From Eledone cirrhosa (taxonomy: Eukaryota): a DNA stretch of 64,000 nucleotides. Within the stretch, counting starts at the first letter, position 1. Every line of letters begins with the position of its first letter. Both the position numbers and the translations under genes were made by a program. This document shows, piece after piece, positions 12,418-25,640 of this stretch. Under the pieces are notes generated by a model. It was not told the DNA's origin, did not search any database, and saw only the letters and a list, made by a program, of their open reading frames with translations. The stretch is taken from NCBI GenBank assembly GCA_964016885.1, contig OZ024745.1:108128001-108192000 (forward strand), in the 5' to 3' direction.

Positions 12418-12697
12418 TTTTTTTTCAAGCTTAGAGTTGCTGAGCATGGAACAAACTGCCTGCGTCAGTTGTTAGCTGCCGAGACACTGCATCCTTTAAA
12501 ACCCTCATGCTTCCCGAAATTCGCCAAAACTACATCTGACGTCCCCCTTCCATACACATGCACACATGTGTATATCATGACTCATGCTCTGTTCATTTTC
12601 CTGACATTTGTACATTACTCTATGTACTATACGTACACTTTTGATGAGTTGTAGTGCACCTGAGCACTGTACACAATATTTTCATTATATTATATTA
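12418..12697 (+). mobile_element. 3' end of a CR1/L2-group LINE with (ATT)n tail
   Basis: WNKLPASVVSCRDTASFK motif; same family at 45331-45700 (-) and 26440-26520 (-). Confidence 0.7.
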
Positions 12698-13040
12698 TTT
12701 TCTGTTGGGTTGGTTTCTACGGCTGGATGCCGTTCCTAATACCAACCACTTTACAGCATGTACTTGGAGCATGGTTTCTACAGCTGGATGCTCTTCCTAA
12801 TGCCAGCCACTTTACAGCATGTACTGAAAGTATTTTATCACGCTGCTAGCACTACCACTTTTACAGGGTGGACTGGGTGTATTTTGCAGTGACAAAATTT
12901 GTTTTCACTCTTAAACTTTATGACACTGTTTACTTGTAAACAAATCAAATATTAATAATGCTATGATATTATTATAATATTATTATTATTTACTCATGAA
13001 TACACTTAGGTATCCACCATGTTAAGAGTGAAAACAAATT

Positions 13041-13095
<55 letters not shown>

Positions 13096-13348
13096 TATAT
13101 ATATATACATATATATATATACATATATATATAAACATATGTATGTATATATATATACATATAGAAACACACTTATATACATATATATATAAACATATGT
13201 ATGTATATATATATACATATAGAAACACACTTATATACATATATATATAAACATATGTATGTATATATATATATATATGCATATAGAAACACACTTATAT
13301 ACATATATATATAAACACACACACACACACATATACATATATATATAA

Positions 13349-13412
<64 letters not shown>

Positions 13413-13464
13413 TGCTAGCGTCGAAGATGGACGTTAAACGAAGATGATCTTGATGATGATACAT

Positions 13465-15901
13465 TAGGGTGGCCTTTATTTTTCAACTTTCTAAAAGTTT
13501 AGCTCCCACCGCCCTATCTTGTATATAATGGCTGCTCCCTCATTTGTTATCGAGTATGGCCATTGCACAATATACCATTATTAATAATTATTAATTAATT
13601 CTATCGTGTAATGCCTGTGCATGAAGATTTTTTTTAAAGTAAGGAAAGACTGTGCACTGAGCCAATCCCACTCTCTGAGCGACAGTAGCTATAACTTGAA
13701 AAGAAGAAAAGATCAACATCATTGGTAACTACTGAGCTGCAGGTTTTATGTCGGAGTTATCCCAGTTTCCTGAGTTGCCTTCTCCTAGAAGAATGCCCTG
13801 ACAAAGGCTAGGGGTCCTTCACTCCCAGTGGTTTAACCACGTGATCAGGTATCCAGCCTGATTATTTCTATGTCCCTGCACATATACATACACATGCACA
13901 CATGCATATACACATATACATACATATGTACATGTGTATATACATATTTACAATATATATATATATATATATATATTTGGACTGGATCTTGCGGTACCAA
14001 CTCTACAGAGAGAGGGTGGTGTTGGTGGGAGTGGGAGGATAGGGTAGGGGTAGTGGATTGGGGTGTATATTTAGTCAGTAGGCACCTCTTAACCAAATAT
14101 ACACCCCAATCCACTACGCCTACCCTATCCTCCCACTCCCACCAACACCACCCTCTCTCTGTAAAGTTAGTACCACAACATCCAATCCAAATAAATGAGA
14201 TAATGAGATCGTGATCGTGTAGGTGTCATGAGAAAAAAACACACAGTCCAGGCTGTAATGTGGCCGTGTAGGTAACACGGTAAAAAGTTCCCAGTTCCAC
14301 ACTGTAAATGTGGTTGGTGTTAGGAAGGGCATCCAGCCGTAGAAAACCTGCCAGATAGTCCTATATGAGCGAGACACGGTCACCCGACCAACCTTACCTC
14401 AAGTGGGACAACTCCCGTCTAACCCATGCTAGCGTGGAAAATGGACATTAAACGAAGATGATGATGATGATGATGATACATGTATAAGGGATAACAAAAT
14501 ATCATCATCATCATCATCATCTTCGTTTAACGTCGTTATAGGTAATCCAGTTAGAGGTTGTGAATACTTTGTATTAGGGATAGTTTTATCGTACAGCGTT
14601 GTTTGTCTCAACAAGGGGTTTACGTAGGTGGTGAGTTTATGATTGTATTCCTATGTAAATTTATCTTGGAGTAATAATATTGAAAAAGTGAAGAATAACA
14701 TGGTAAATAAAACCCTTTTTTGTACTGTTAACCATGTACTTCTTCACTTTTTTAATATATATACATAAATATATATATATATATATATATGATATGTATA
14801 TATACTCTCCTTACTATCCTTGCTTTAATATTTCTCCTTGCTCCTCTTTTCTCATTGTATTTGTATATAAACAAGTACATAGATACAATGAGAAGGGGGA
14901 GCAAGGAGAAAAGGAGAGCAAGGAGAGGAAGGAGAAAAGAAGAGCAAGGAGAGAAAGGAGAAAAGGAGAACAATGAGAAAAGGAGAGCAAGGAAAGCAAT
15001 AAGTAAAGGAGAGCGAGGAGAGCAAGGATAAAAGGAGAGCAAGGAGAGCGGTGAGAAAAGGAGAACAAGAAGTTATGCTGGAAGCAATCAAAGGTGAAGA
15101 AGGTGAAGAAGAAACAAAATCAACTGAAGAGGTACATTCTGCACCAAAATGACTTTTCTTCCATTACAAACATTGAGTTTGTAACTCCTGGTACAAACGT
15201 CTTTTGTAACTCCTGGTACAAAAACTTTCTTCACAAGATTTTTCTATCAGCACCGATTTCCTCGACAAAGATCCTTCAACATGGAAAGATGATCCTGATT
15301 ACAAAAGTGGACTTGAAAAACTTGAGTAGACAGTTGTTGTGAATGATGTTGCAGAAAGAGGTGTCAAACTCATTCAGGATTACAATAACATTTTCACAAA
15401 GGATAAAACTGAGAAACAATTTGTTTTACAGATCATTGCTGAAAACCGTAAAACATACCCAACTGCCACTAAATCCTCTCTTATGCAAAAATAATGTTCA
15501 ATATTCAGAGTTCACATTATGTTTTTGATTCTATAGAAATTATTGTCGTAAATAAAAATGTGTTTCTCTTAAAGAGAATGTTATTTTAGGAATTTTTCAA
15601 ATTAACTATTGGTAAATTTGATTCAGAACGCTTTAAAACATTTGCTGGGTTACCTGGGTGTGTCCACATAAATTTCTCTAAGAAGAAAAAAGAAAATGGT
15701 CGAGATAGGGAACAGTATACTTCTTTTGAACAGAATTAATTGTTGCGTATAGTAAGTTCCAACTTCAAGGCATTTGAGGGTCACCTAACAGTTGTTCGAT
15801 TGAGCTGAAAGTTTGTTTTTGTTGATTGGAACAGGATTTGGGGGGTGGGAGCAGCAGAATTTTAGCTTTCGGAAAAGTACCTATTGTTAAGGGCCACTCT
15901 G
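13465..15901 (+). mobile_element. Decayed hATm-like DNA transposon with nested insertions; transposase C-terminal relic at ~15100-15490
   Basis: Left terminus TAGGGTGGCCTTTA, right terminus TAAGGGCCACTCTG; matching gctcccacc subterminal motif; flanks share ATACAT; peptide VVVNDVAERGVKLIQDYNNIFTKD..KQFVLQII. Confidence 0.65.
13974..14476 (+). mobile_element. RTE 3'UTR fragment with a 5' fold-back (palindrome 13974-14193)
   Basis: 14074-14476 is homologous to the 3'UTR of the LINE at 59647-60044; the left part is its inverted copy. Confidence 0.85.
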
Positions 15902-15913
15902 ATATACATATAT

Positions 15914-15961
<48 letters not shown>

Positions 15962-16290
15962 TCATCATCATCATCATCATCATCAACGTTTAACGTCCGT
16001 GTTCCACGCTTGCATAGGTTTGGACGGGGGTTTTCCCACTTGAGGCAAGAGTGATTGTCTTGCTCGCATAGGACTGTCTGGCAGGTTTTCTACAGCTGGA
16101 TGCCCTTCCTAACACCAACCACATTTACAGTGTGGGGCTGGGAGGTTTTTACCGTGTTGCCTACACGGCCACATTACAGCGTGGACTGTCTGGCAGGTTT
16201 TCTACAGATATATATATATATATATAAAAGATGTAAAATAAGAAAATTATAGTAATAATGTTCTATATAAATATGTTGGTAGATATACTA

Positions 16291-16352
<62 letters not shown>

Positions 16353-16950
16353 CATGCACCTCCCACTGCAAGGTGGTCGTGGAGGTGCCACGGCAAAAAA
16401 GCACCTAGCCCACACTGTAAAGTGGACATGTAGGCGCCACGGAAAAAACACCCAGCACTCACTGTAAATGGGGTTGGTGCTAGGAAGGGCATCCAGCTGT
16501 AGAAATCATGCCAAAATCAGTTCCTGTATGAGCAAGGCATGGTCAGCTGACCAGACACTGCCCACAACAGGACAACGCGTCTAACCCATGCTAGCATGGA
16601 AGAACTGACGTAAAACGGTGATGATGATGATGATGATGATGATACATACATATATATATATATATAAGGATAAGGATAAATATTCCATAACTCCTTGTAG
16701 AGTCATACAGTCACTAATAAACGGCGTGTCTAGGGCACTTTTAAGCTTGGCGGAGCCAGATCTGAACACAGCTGATTTGTTCTATCGAGGAAGAATCGAC
16801 CCCAGTACTGGACTGGTACTTTTTGTTTTATTGACCTCGAAAAGATGAAAGGCAAAGTTGACCTCGGCTGTATCTGAACTCAGAGCATAAAGCATTCTAT
16901 CCGACGTCTTAACGACTCAGCCAATTCGCCGACTATATATATATATATAT

Positions 16951-18147
16951 AAACAGAACCCAGATCCCCTCCGGGAAATGGCCTTGCCCAGTATGTAGGA
17001 AAGGTGTAGGAAAGGTGTAGGAAAGGATCTCATTCGCCAACTATATATATATATATATAAACAGAACCCAGATCCCCTCAGGGAAATGGCCTTGCCCAAT
17101 ATGTAGGAAAGGTGTAGGATCTTAGGAAGCTTCACTAAGAATGTAGGCTTCACATGCAGCAGCTGTGCTGGGACAGCAAGCAGCAAACAGCCACAGGAAA
17201 CAAGCACCACCAAACTCCAGGAGGGCTCTGTAGAGACAGTAGACAGCTTCTGCTACCTAGGTGGCCGAATTAGCAGCGGAGGTGGGTGTTCGGAAAGTAC
17301 AATAACTAGAGTAAGAAGGGGATGGAAGAAGTTCAGGGAGCTACTGCCACTGCTAGCTGCAAAATGCTTTTCCTTCAAAATGAAAGGCAGACTGTATGAT
17401 GCGTGTATACGAACAGCAATGTTACATGGTAGTGAGACCTGAGCGCTGTCTGTGGAAGATTTGCGTAGATTAGAAAGAAACGAAGCCTGCATGCTCCGAT
17501 GGATGTGTAATAGTAATATACGCAAACGGCAAAGCATAAACGAATTGAGAGAGAGACTGAGCATAAGAGAAATCAAATGCTGTGTGCAGGAGAGGCGGTT
17601 GCGTTGGTATGGACATGTGTTGCGTATGAAGGATGACAGCTGCATAAAGAGGTGCAGAGCACTAGAAGTCGATGGAAGCTGCGGAGTGGGGAGACCCAAG
17701 ATGACCTGGGATGAGGTGATAAAAGCCGACCTTACCCAATTACACCTCTCAAAGGTGATGACACACGACCGTGACCTTTGGCGTCACGCAGTAATACAGA
17801 AGACCCGACCACCCCCATGGGTACAAGCCAAAGCTGAAGCATATAGACAATATGCCGCCACACCCTCCAACTGCAAAGTGGTCGTGGAGGTGCCACGGCA
17901 AAAAAGCACCCAACCCACACAGTAAAGTGGACATGTAGGCGCCACAGAAAAAAAGCACCCAGCACTCACTGTAAATGAGGTTGGTGTTAGGAAGGGCATC
18001 CAGCTGTAGAAATCAAGCCAGAATCAGTTCCCGTATGAGCAAGGCATGGTCAGCCTACCGGTTGCTGCCCACAACAGAAAAACCCGTCTAGCCCATGCTA
18101 GCGTGGAAGAACGGATGTAAAACGGTGATGATAATGATGATGATGAT
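16951..18147 (+). mobile_element. 5'-truncated RTE-clade LINE (subfamily 1) with a duplicated 5' junction and 3'UTR
   Basis: SGKWPCPVCRKGVG..VDSFCYLG..GWKKFREL..MLRWMC..RRLRWYGHVLR..GRPKMTWDEVI; (GAT)n tail. Confidence 0.9.
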
Positions 18148-18811
18148 ATATATATATACATATTACACAATAAACAACACAATATAATTAGCTCTGTACT
18201 ATATATATCCATATATATATTTAATAGATATAAACTGTAATACTGTGTGTCAGGGAAAGGAGACAGTGTATTATGGAGAGGATGTAGAGCAATTAGAAAA
18301 GAATGAGCTGACTGTGGAAGATTGCAAATGGACCCTAAACTAACAAATAAAGGAGTTAAAAAACTGACTGAAGTATCTAAGGTAAGATGAATGTTGTGTT
18401 GGTATTTATTAATATTTGTAGTGCACTTGGATGATACATGCTGAGTGATAACATTCCAGAAATGGGTGGTAGAAGGTCTGATGTAACTACTTTATTACAA
18501 GATGACAGGAGATAAAAGCAGTTAGATTATACTTCAATGAGTTGCATGGACAATCTAGTGTATGTCAGCATTACAGACAAATCTTAACATAATTACACAG
18601 ACACACACATATATGCATGCAGAAAACCATATCACCACCTTAAAAAACACTGTGGGAATTATGTGTTTGTATATATATTTAGAAATGAAACTATGCACAC
18701 ACACATATATGTATATACACACACATATATGTATATATATATGTGAGTGTGTGTATATACACACACATATATATATATAAATATATACATACACATATAT
18801 ATTTATATATA

Positions 18812-19072
18812 AAAGTCAGCTCAAAAGTGACACAGAGGAGACTGAGGTTAGCTGGATATGCTCACCGACATCCAGAGTTGACATTGCACTCAGTGTTCCT
18901 GTGGGAGCCACTACATGGACACACTGGAAGAGGAAGACCAAGGTTAACGTATGTTGATGCCCTAAGTACAGACACTGGTCTGTTGGAGTCTCAGGACATG
19001 GCAGTGATAATGAGGGACAGAGACTGCTGGAGAGAACTCGTCCCTGGATCTCGGGAATTTTACCCGCCCTAG
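18812..19072 (+). mobile_element. 3' fragment of another RTE/RTEX-like LINE
   Basis: RRLRLAGYAHRHPE..LWEPLHG..GRGRPRLTYVD..MRDRDCWR. Confidence 0.75.
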
Positions 19073-19263
19073 AATATATATATATACCCCCCAGTCCACA
19101 CTGTAAACGTGGTTGGTGTTAGGAAGGACTTCCAGCCGTAGAAAACCCGCCAGACAGTCCTATACGAGCAAGACAACCAATCTTGCCTCAAGTGGGAAAA
19201 TTCCCGTCCAAACCCATGCTAGCGTGGAAGATGGACGTTAAACGATGATGATGATGATGATGA

Positions 19264-19311
<48 letters not shown>

Positions 19312-19644
19312 GTTTCTACTGTTGCCACAAGGCCAGCAATTATCCCAGTGCATTCTTGGTTGTCCATCGTAAATGATGATGACATCTTCTTTATTTTAGT
19401 TCCCGTCTGCCGTGGGCACGAAGGTGGCTGTGGGGGCCGATCGTTGACTTGTATTACTGGTACTTTATTTTATCAACCCCGTAAGGATGAAAGGCAAAGT
19501 TAACCTTGGCAAGATTTAAACACAATCTGTAAAGGGCTGTAACTCTGCTGCAAAGCATGGCATCTGACCCTCTACTGATACTGCCAATCCACCGTCCACA
19601 CACACACACACACACCCCTCTACTGATACTGCCAACCCACCGTC

Positions 19645-19683
<39 letters not shown>

Positions 19684-20403
19684 GATGAATATATATGTGT
19701 AAGCCAGATCAGTTCCTGTATGAGCAGGGCATGGTCAGCCGACCAGACACTGCACACAACAGGACAACCCGTCTAACCCATGCTAGCGTGGAAGAACGGA
19801 CGTAAAACGGTGATGATGATGATGATGTATATATTTATATATATATATTTATATTTAGAGATTGGGGAACATAATCACATATAAGCACACACACGTATAT
19901 ACACATGTATAGTCACACACACGTAAACAAGTAGATATACATGTTATACAAGCAAACACACACAAACACACACAAACACACAATAAAATGATGAAACATC
20001 GAGACAAACATTTATTGCAGACACATACACAAATCTTCCATCTTTTCACAGATGTCTTCTACCATTTCTACACCAGGCAGTTCCCGTGTTCTAATGTACC
20101 AATTCCACTTCTGTGGGGTTTGTCACAAAATTACAAAACAGTCCACTACAAAGGCAACCAGAAGTAGATGGCTGCACTTTGTTTAACAATGAGATAAGAG
20201 AGGCTTCCATTCATCACCAGATAGAGGAATACACAGATAAAATGAAAATGTCTGCCTGTCTGTCTGTTGGTATGTGTGTGTGTGCGCGTGTGCGTGTGTG
20301 TGTTCGTATATACACATATATATATAAAAATATATATACTTATATACATATGTATATAAACCATGCAAGCATGGAAAATAGATGTTTAACAAAGATGATG
20401 ATG

Positions 20404-20453
<50 letters not shown>

Positions 20454-20477
20454 ATGTTTATATACATGTATACACAT

Positions 20478-20557
<80 letters not shown>

Positions 20558-20637
20558 TTACACACACATATATATATAGTCCTTTGTACATACATTCCAT
20601 TCTATAAATCTACTTGGGTGTGTGGGTGTTTATGTGA

Positions 20638-20723
<86 letters not shown>

Positions 20724-21369
20724 GTATGTATAAAAAAAATATATATATGTATATATATATATATATATTCATACACACATAAGTCATGATATGTCAACAA
20801 ATGTATAAAAATATGATGGCACAGGAATACTCCAACACACGTACACATACACAGCTATAAACACATGGGGCTGTAAGTGTGTGTATTCATATATATATAC
20901 ACACACGTGTGGCTAAGGAACAAGACAGCTGAAATGAGCAACATCAAATAGATTTACAAGAGAAATAGGATAATTGCTTCTTAAAGTCTGCACTTTGTAC
21001 CAATACACACACACACACACACACACACACAGAGACATACACATGCACATACATACATATACATACACACACATACATACATATATAACATTAAGAGTCC
21101 TCTTTTGATTTCTTCTCAATCCTTCCATTTGATGTGGCACCAGAAAGGTTTTCTGCAGGGGCTTATAAGTGAGGGAAGAGAACAGCGGGAAGGTGGGTTC
21201 ATCTGCCTTCGATGATGAGAATGAAGAAAGGTTGTAATCAGTCGACCTACAGGTGTTGGCAAGTGATTGTTAGCATTGTTGACGAGCATCTTTCCCTTGG
21301 CTATCGATGATTAAGCTTTCTCGGCACTAACACACTTTTCTCATACTATTGAACTATCACCATCTCTCA

Positions 21370-24020
21370 CACCAACTCCAACACCAACACCAACACCACA
21401 GATATAAACAACACTGCAGAGACCAACACCACCACCACCAACACCACCACCATCATACCGACACCGCAGAGACCAACACCACCACCACCACCACCACCAT
21501 CACCATCATACCGACACCGCAGAGACCAACACCACCACCACCACCACCATCACCACCACCATCACCATCATACCGACACCGCAGAGACCAACACCACCAC
21601 CACCACCACCATCACCACCACCATCACCATCATACCGACACCGCAGAGAGACCAACACCACCACCACCACCACCACCATCATACCGACACCGCAGAGACC
21701 ACCACCACCACCACCACCATCACCACCACCATCACCATCATACCGACACCGCAGAGACCACCACCACCACCACCACCATCACCACCACCATCACCATCAT
21801 ACCGACACCGCAGAGACCAACACCACCACCACCACCACCACCATCATACCGACACCGCAGAGACCACCACCACCACCACCACCACCACCACCACCATCAT
21901 ACCGACACCGCAGAGACCACCACCACCACCACCACCACCACCACCATCATACCGACACCGCAGAGACCACCACCACCACCACCACCACCACCACCATCAT
22001 ACCGACACTGCAGAGACCAACACCACCACCATCATACCGACACCGCAGAGACCAACACCACCACCACCACCACCACCACCACCATCACCATCATACCGAC
22101 ACCGCAGAGACCAACACCACCACCACCACCACCACCATCACCATCATACCGACACCGCAGAGACCAACACCACCACCACCACCACCACCATCACCATCAT
22201 ACCGACACCGCAGAGACCAACATCACCACCACCACCACCACCACCATCACCATCATACCGACACCGCAGAGACCAACACCACCACCACCACCACCACCAC
22301 CACCATCATACCGACACTGCAGAGACCAACACCACCACCACCACCATCACCATCATACCGACACCGCAGAGACCAACACCACCACCACCACCACCATCAT
22401 ACCGACACCGCAGAGACCACCACCACCACCACCACCACCACCACCACCACCACCATCATACCGACACCGCAGAGACCACCACCACCACCACCACCACCAT
22501 CACCATCATACCGACACCGCAGAGACCAACACCACCACCACCACCATCATACCGACACCGCAGAGACCAACACCACCACCACCACCACCATCATACCGAC
22601 ACCGCAGAGACCACCACCACCACCACCACCACCACCACCACCATCATACCGACACCGCAGAGACCACCACCACCACCACCACCACCACCACCATCATACC
22701 GACACCGCAGAGACCACCACCACCACCACCACCACCATCACCATCATACCGACACCGCAGAGACCAACATCACCACCACCACCACCACCACCACCACCAT
22801 CATACCGACACTGCAGAGACCAACACCACCACCACCACCACCACCATCATACCGACACTGCAGAGACCAACACCACCACCACCACCACCACCATCATACC
22901 GACACCGCAGAGACCAACACCACCACCACCACCACCACCATCATACCGACACCGCAGAGACCAACACCACCACCACCACCACCATCATACCGACACCGCA
23001 GAGACCACCACCACCACCACCACCACCACCACCACCATCATACCGACACCGCAGAGACCACCACCACCACCACCACCACCACCACCATCATACCGACACC
23101 GCAGAGACCACCACCACCACCACCACCACCACCACCATCATACCGACACTGCAGAGACCAACACCACCACCACCACCATCACCATCATACCGACACCGCA
23201 GAGAGACCAACACCACCACCACCACCACCACCATCACCATCATACCGACACCGCAGAGACCAACACCATCACCACCACCATCACCATCATACCGACACCG
23301 CAGAGACCAACACCACCACCACCACCACCACCATCACCATCATACCGACACCGCAGAGACCAACACCACCACCACCACCATCATACCGACACCGCAGAGA
23401 CCAACACCACCACCACCACCACCACCACCATCACCATCATACCGACACCGCAGAGACCAACACCACCACCACCACCATCATACCGACACCGCAGAGACCA
23501 ACACCACCACCACCACCACCACCACCATCACCATCATACCGACACCGCAGACACCAACACCAACACCACCACCATCATACCGACACTGCAGAGACCAACA
23601 CCACCACCACCACCACAATCATTATACCAGCATTACAGGCACCACCACCACCACCACCACCACACCAACACCACCACCTCCACCACACCACCACCATCAT
23701 ACCAACACCACTGACACCAATACCACAGGCACCACCACTGCAGACACCACCACCACCACCACCACCACACCACCACCATCATACCAACACCACAGACACC
23801 ACCACTGCAGACATCAACACCACCACCACTACCTCCACACAAACACTACCACCACCACACCACCACCATCATACCAACACCACCACCATCATACCAACAC
23901 CACCACCACCAACATCACCACCGCCACACCAACACCACAGACACCACCACTGCAGACATCAACACCACCACCACCACCACCACCACACCAACACCACTAC
24001 CTCCACACCAACACCATTAC
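21370..24020. repeat. Compound minisatellite: near-invariant core catcataccgacaccgcagagac alternating with variable (CAC)n
   Basis: Roughly 50 units at 21410-23600, degenerating to 24020. Confidence 0.95.
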
Positions 24021-24322
24021 CTCCAGACCAATCGCTCTACCATTATAAGTCCTTTGGTAAATTCATTAGGCAGCACTAATACAATTCAACAGTGACTAAC
24101 TTGCAGAGGTCAAGCTCTTGACAACAACAGTATGACAACATAGCCAGTGGTTCCTAGCAATTTCCTGGTCTTATTTTGTCCAGCTCTAGTGCAACGTATT
24201 CCAACCATGACCATGCTGTTATTTAAGGGTTTCAATGACTGCAAGAGCTATGTGTTCTTTTTTATAAGAATAGAATTGTTTTCAACATGCTGACGCATAT
24301 GTGCATGCATATGAATACATCT

Positions 24323-24643
24323 ACATGGCTTAGTGGTTAGAGCATTGGCCTTGCAATCGAAAGGTTGTGAGTTCAATTTTCAGACCGGGTGATGTGTTGT
24401 TTCTTTGAGCAAGACACTTTATTTCAACTTGCTCCAGTTTACTCAGCTTTAGAAATGAGATGATAGGGACTGGGGTCCCTATCATTCCACTGCAAAGTGG
24501 TCGTGGAGGTGCCACGGCAAAAAAGCACCCAGCACTCACTGTAAATGAGGTTGGTGTTAGGAAGGGCATCCAGCTGTAGAAATCAAGCCACCCTTGCAAG
24601 CAGGGAAAAGTGGACGTAAAATGAAATGATGATGATGATGATG
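24323..24643 (+). mobile_element. SINE family B copy
   Basis: Near-identical to 7915-8247 and 40160-40503. Confidence 0.88.
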
Positions 24644-25386
24644 AAATGTATGAGTATATAAATATAGATGCGCAAACACAGACACACTTACAAAAATACA
24701 CACTCATAGACATACATTCACACAAATACATATATATTCACACAAACACACACATACATTCACACAAACACTCATAGACATACATTCACACAAACACTCA
24801 TAGACATATATTCACACAAACACACACATACATTCACACAAACACACACTCACATACACACACACAGTGTAGCAAATGGAACACCAGCTGCTGTTTTGCT
24901 ATAATTTTTTCACCACCTCCTTCCTTCTTTTTACACACACACATACATTTACACAAACACACACACACATGCACACATATTATGTGAGGGACGGACAGAC
25001 AGAAGGAAGTCTCTCAAATTTATATATAGATAGTAGGATGTGATTTGAAGATTTGGCTACCATCTTTTGGAGGTCTTTCATTGTCCATATGTTATTTTAA
25101 TTTAAGTAGTTGACCCTGTGGAAATACCATGCTTTAATTAGAAACAACCACCAAGTATTAAGAACCAACATAACAGTTTAAATATCTAATTATAGAAAGT
25201 ATCTTTAGGAAGCAGTGTGCAGTATTTGAAAATTGAAATAGAAGGCTTTGGCACAGCTTTTTGACTAAATACCCTCCTTTTTCTTTTTAGTGAGTTTATA
25301 TGGCCCATTATTTGACTATTCTATTTAGTCAAAAAGTTATGGTGAAACTTATTTCAATTTAATTATAAGTTATATATTATAAGTGA

Positions 25387-25640
25387 AGCTGTGTGACTTA
25401 GTGGTTAGGGAATTGAATTCACAATCTTGATGTTGCAAGTTTAATTCCTGGACTGGGCAATGCAATATGTCCTTCAGCAAGACGCTTTATTTTAGGTTGC
25501 TCCTTCTGCCAGGAGTTGTGACCAGTAGATAGTATCAGCAATGGAAAGATCAATGGAAACATTGTTTCCTTAGTCCAATGTGATGAGTTAAACCCCACTA
25601 GGTAAGCAAATGATGTCTGGGATCTTGTTGATTGTTTCCT
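25387..25640 (+). mobile_element. Older tRNA/CORE-headed SINE (family C)
   Basis: Homologous to 51910-52685 (-) once the Helitron there is removed. Confidence 0.65.

Noticed and set aside
21349-24048. 899-aa His/Thr/Pro-rich ORF as a real gene
   Set aside because: TTG start, entirely within a minisatellite that lacks stops by composition; unit lengths are not multiples of 3.
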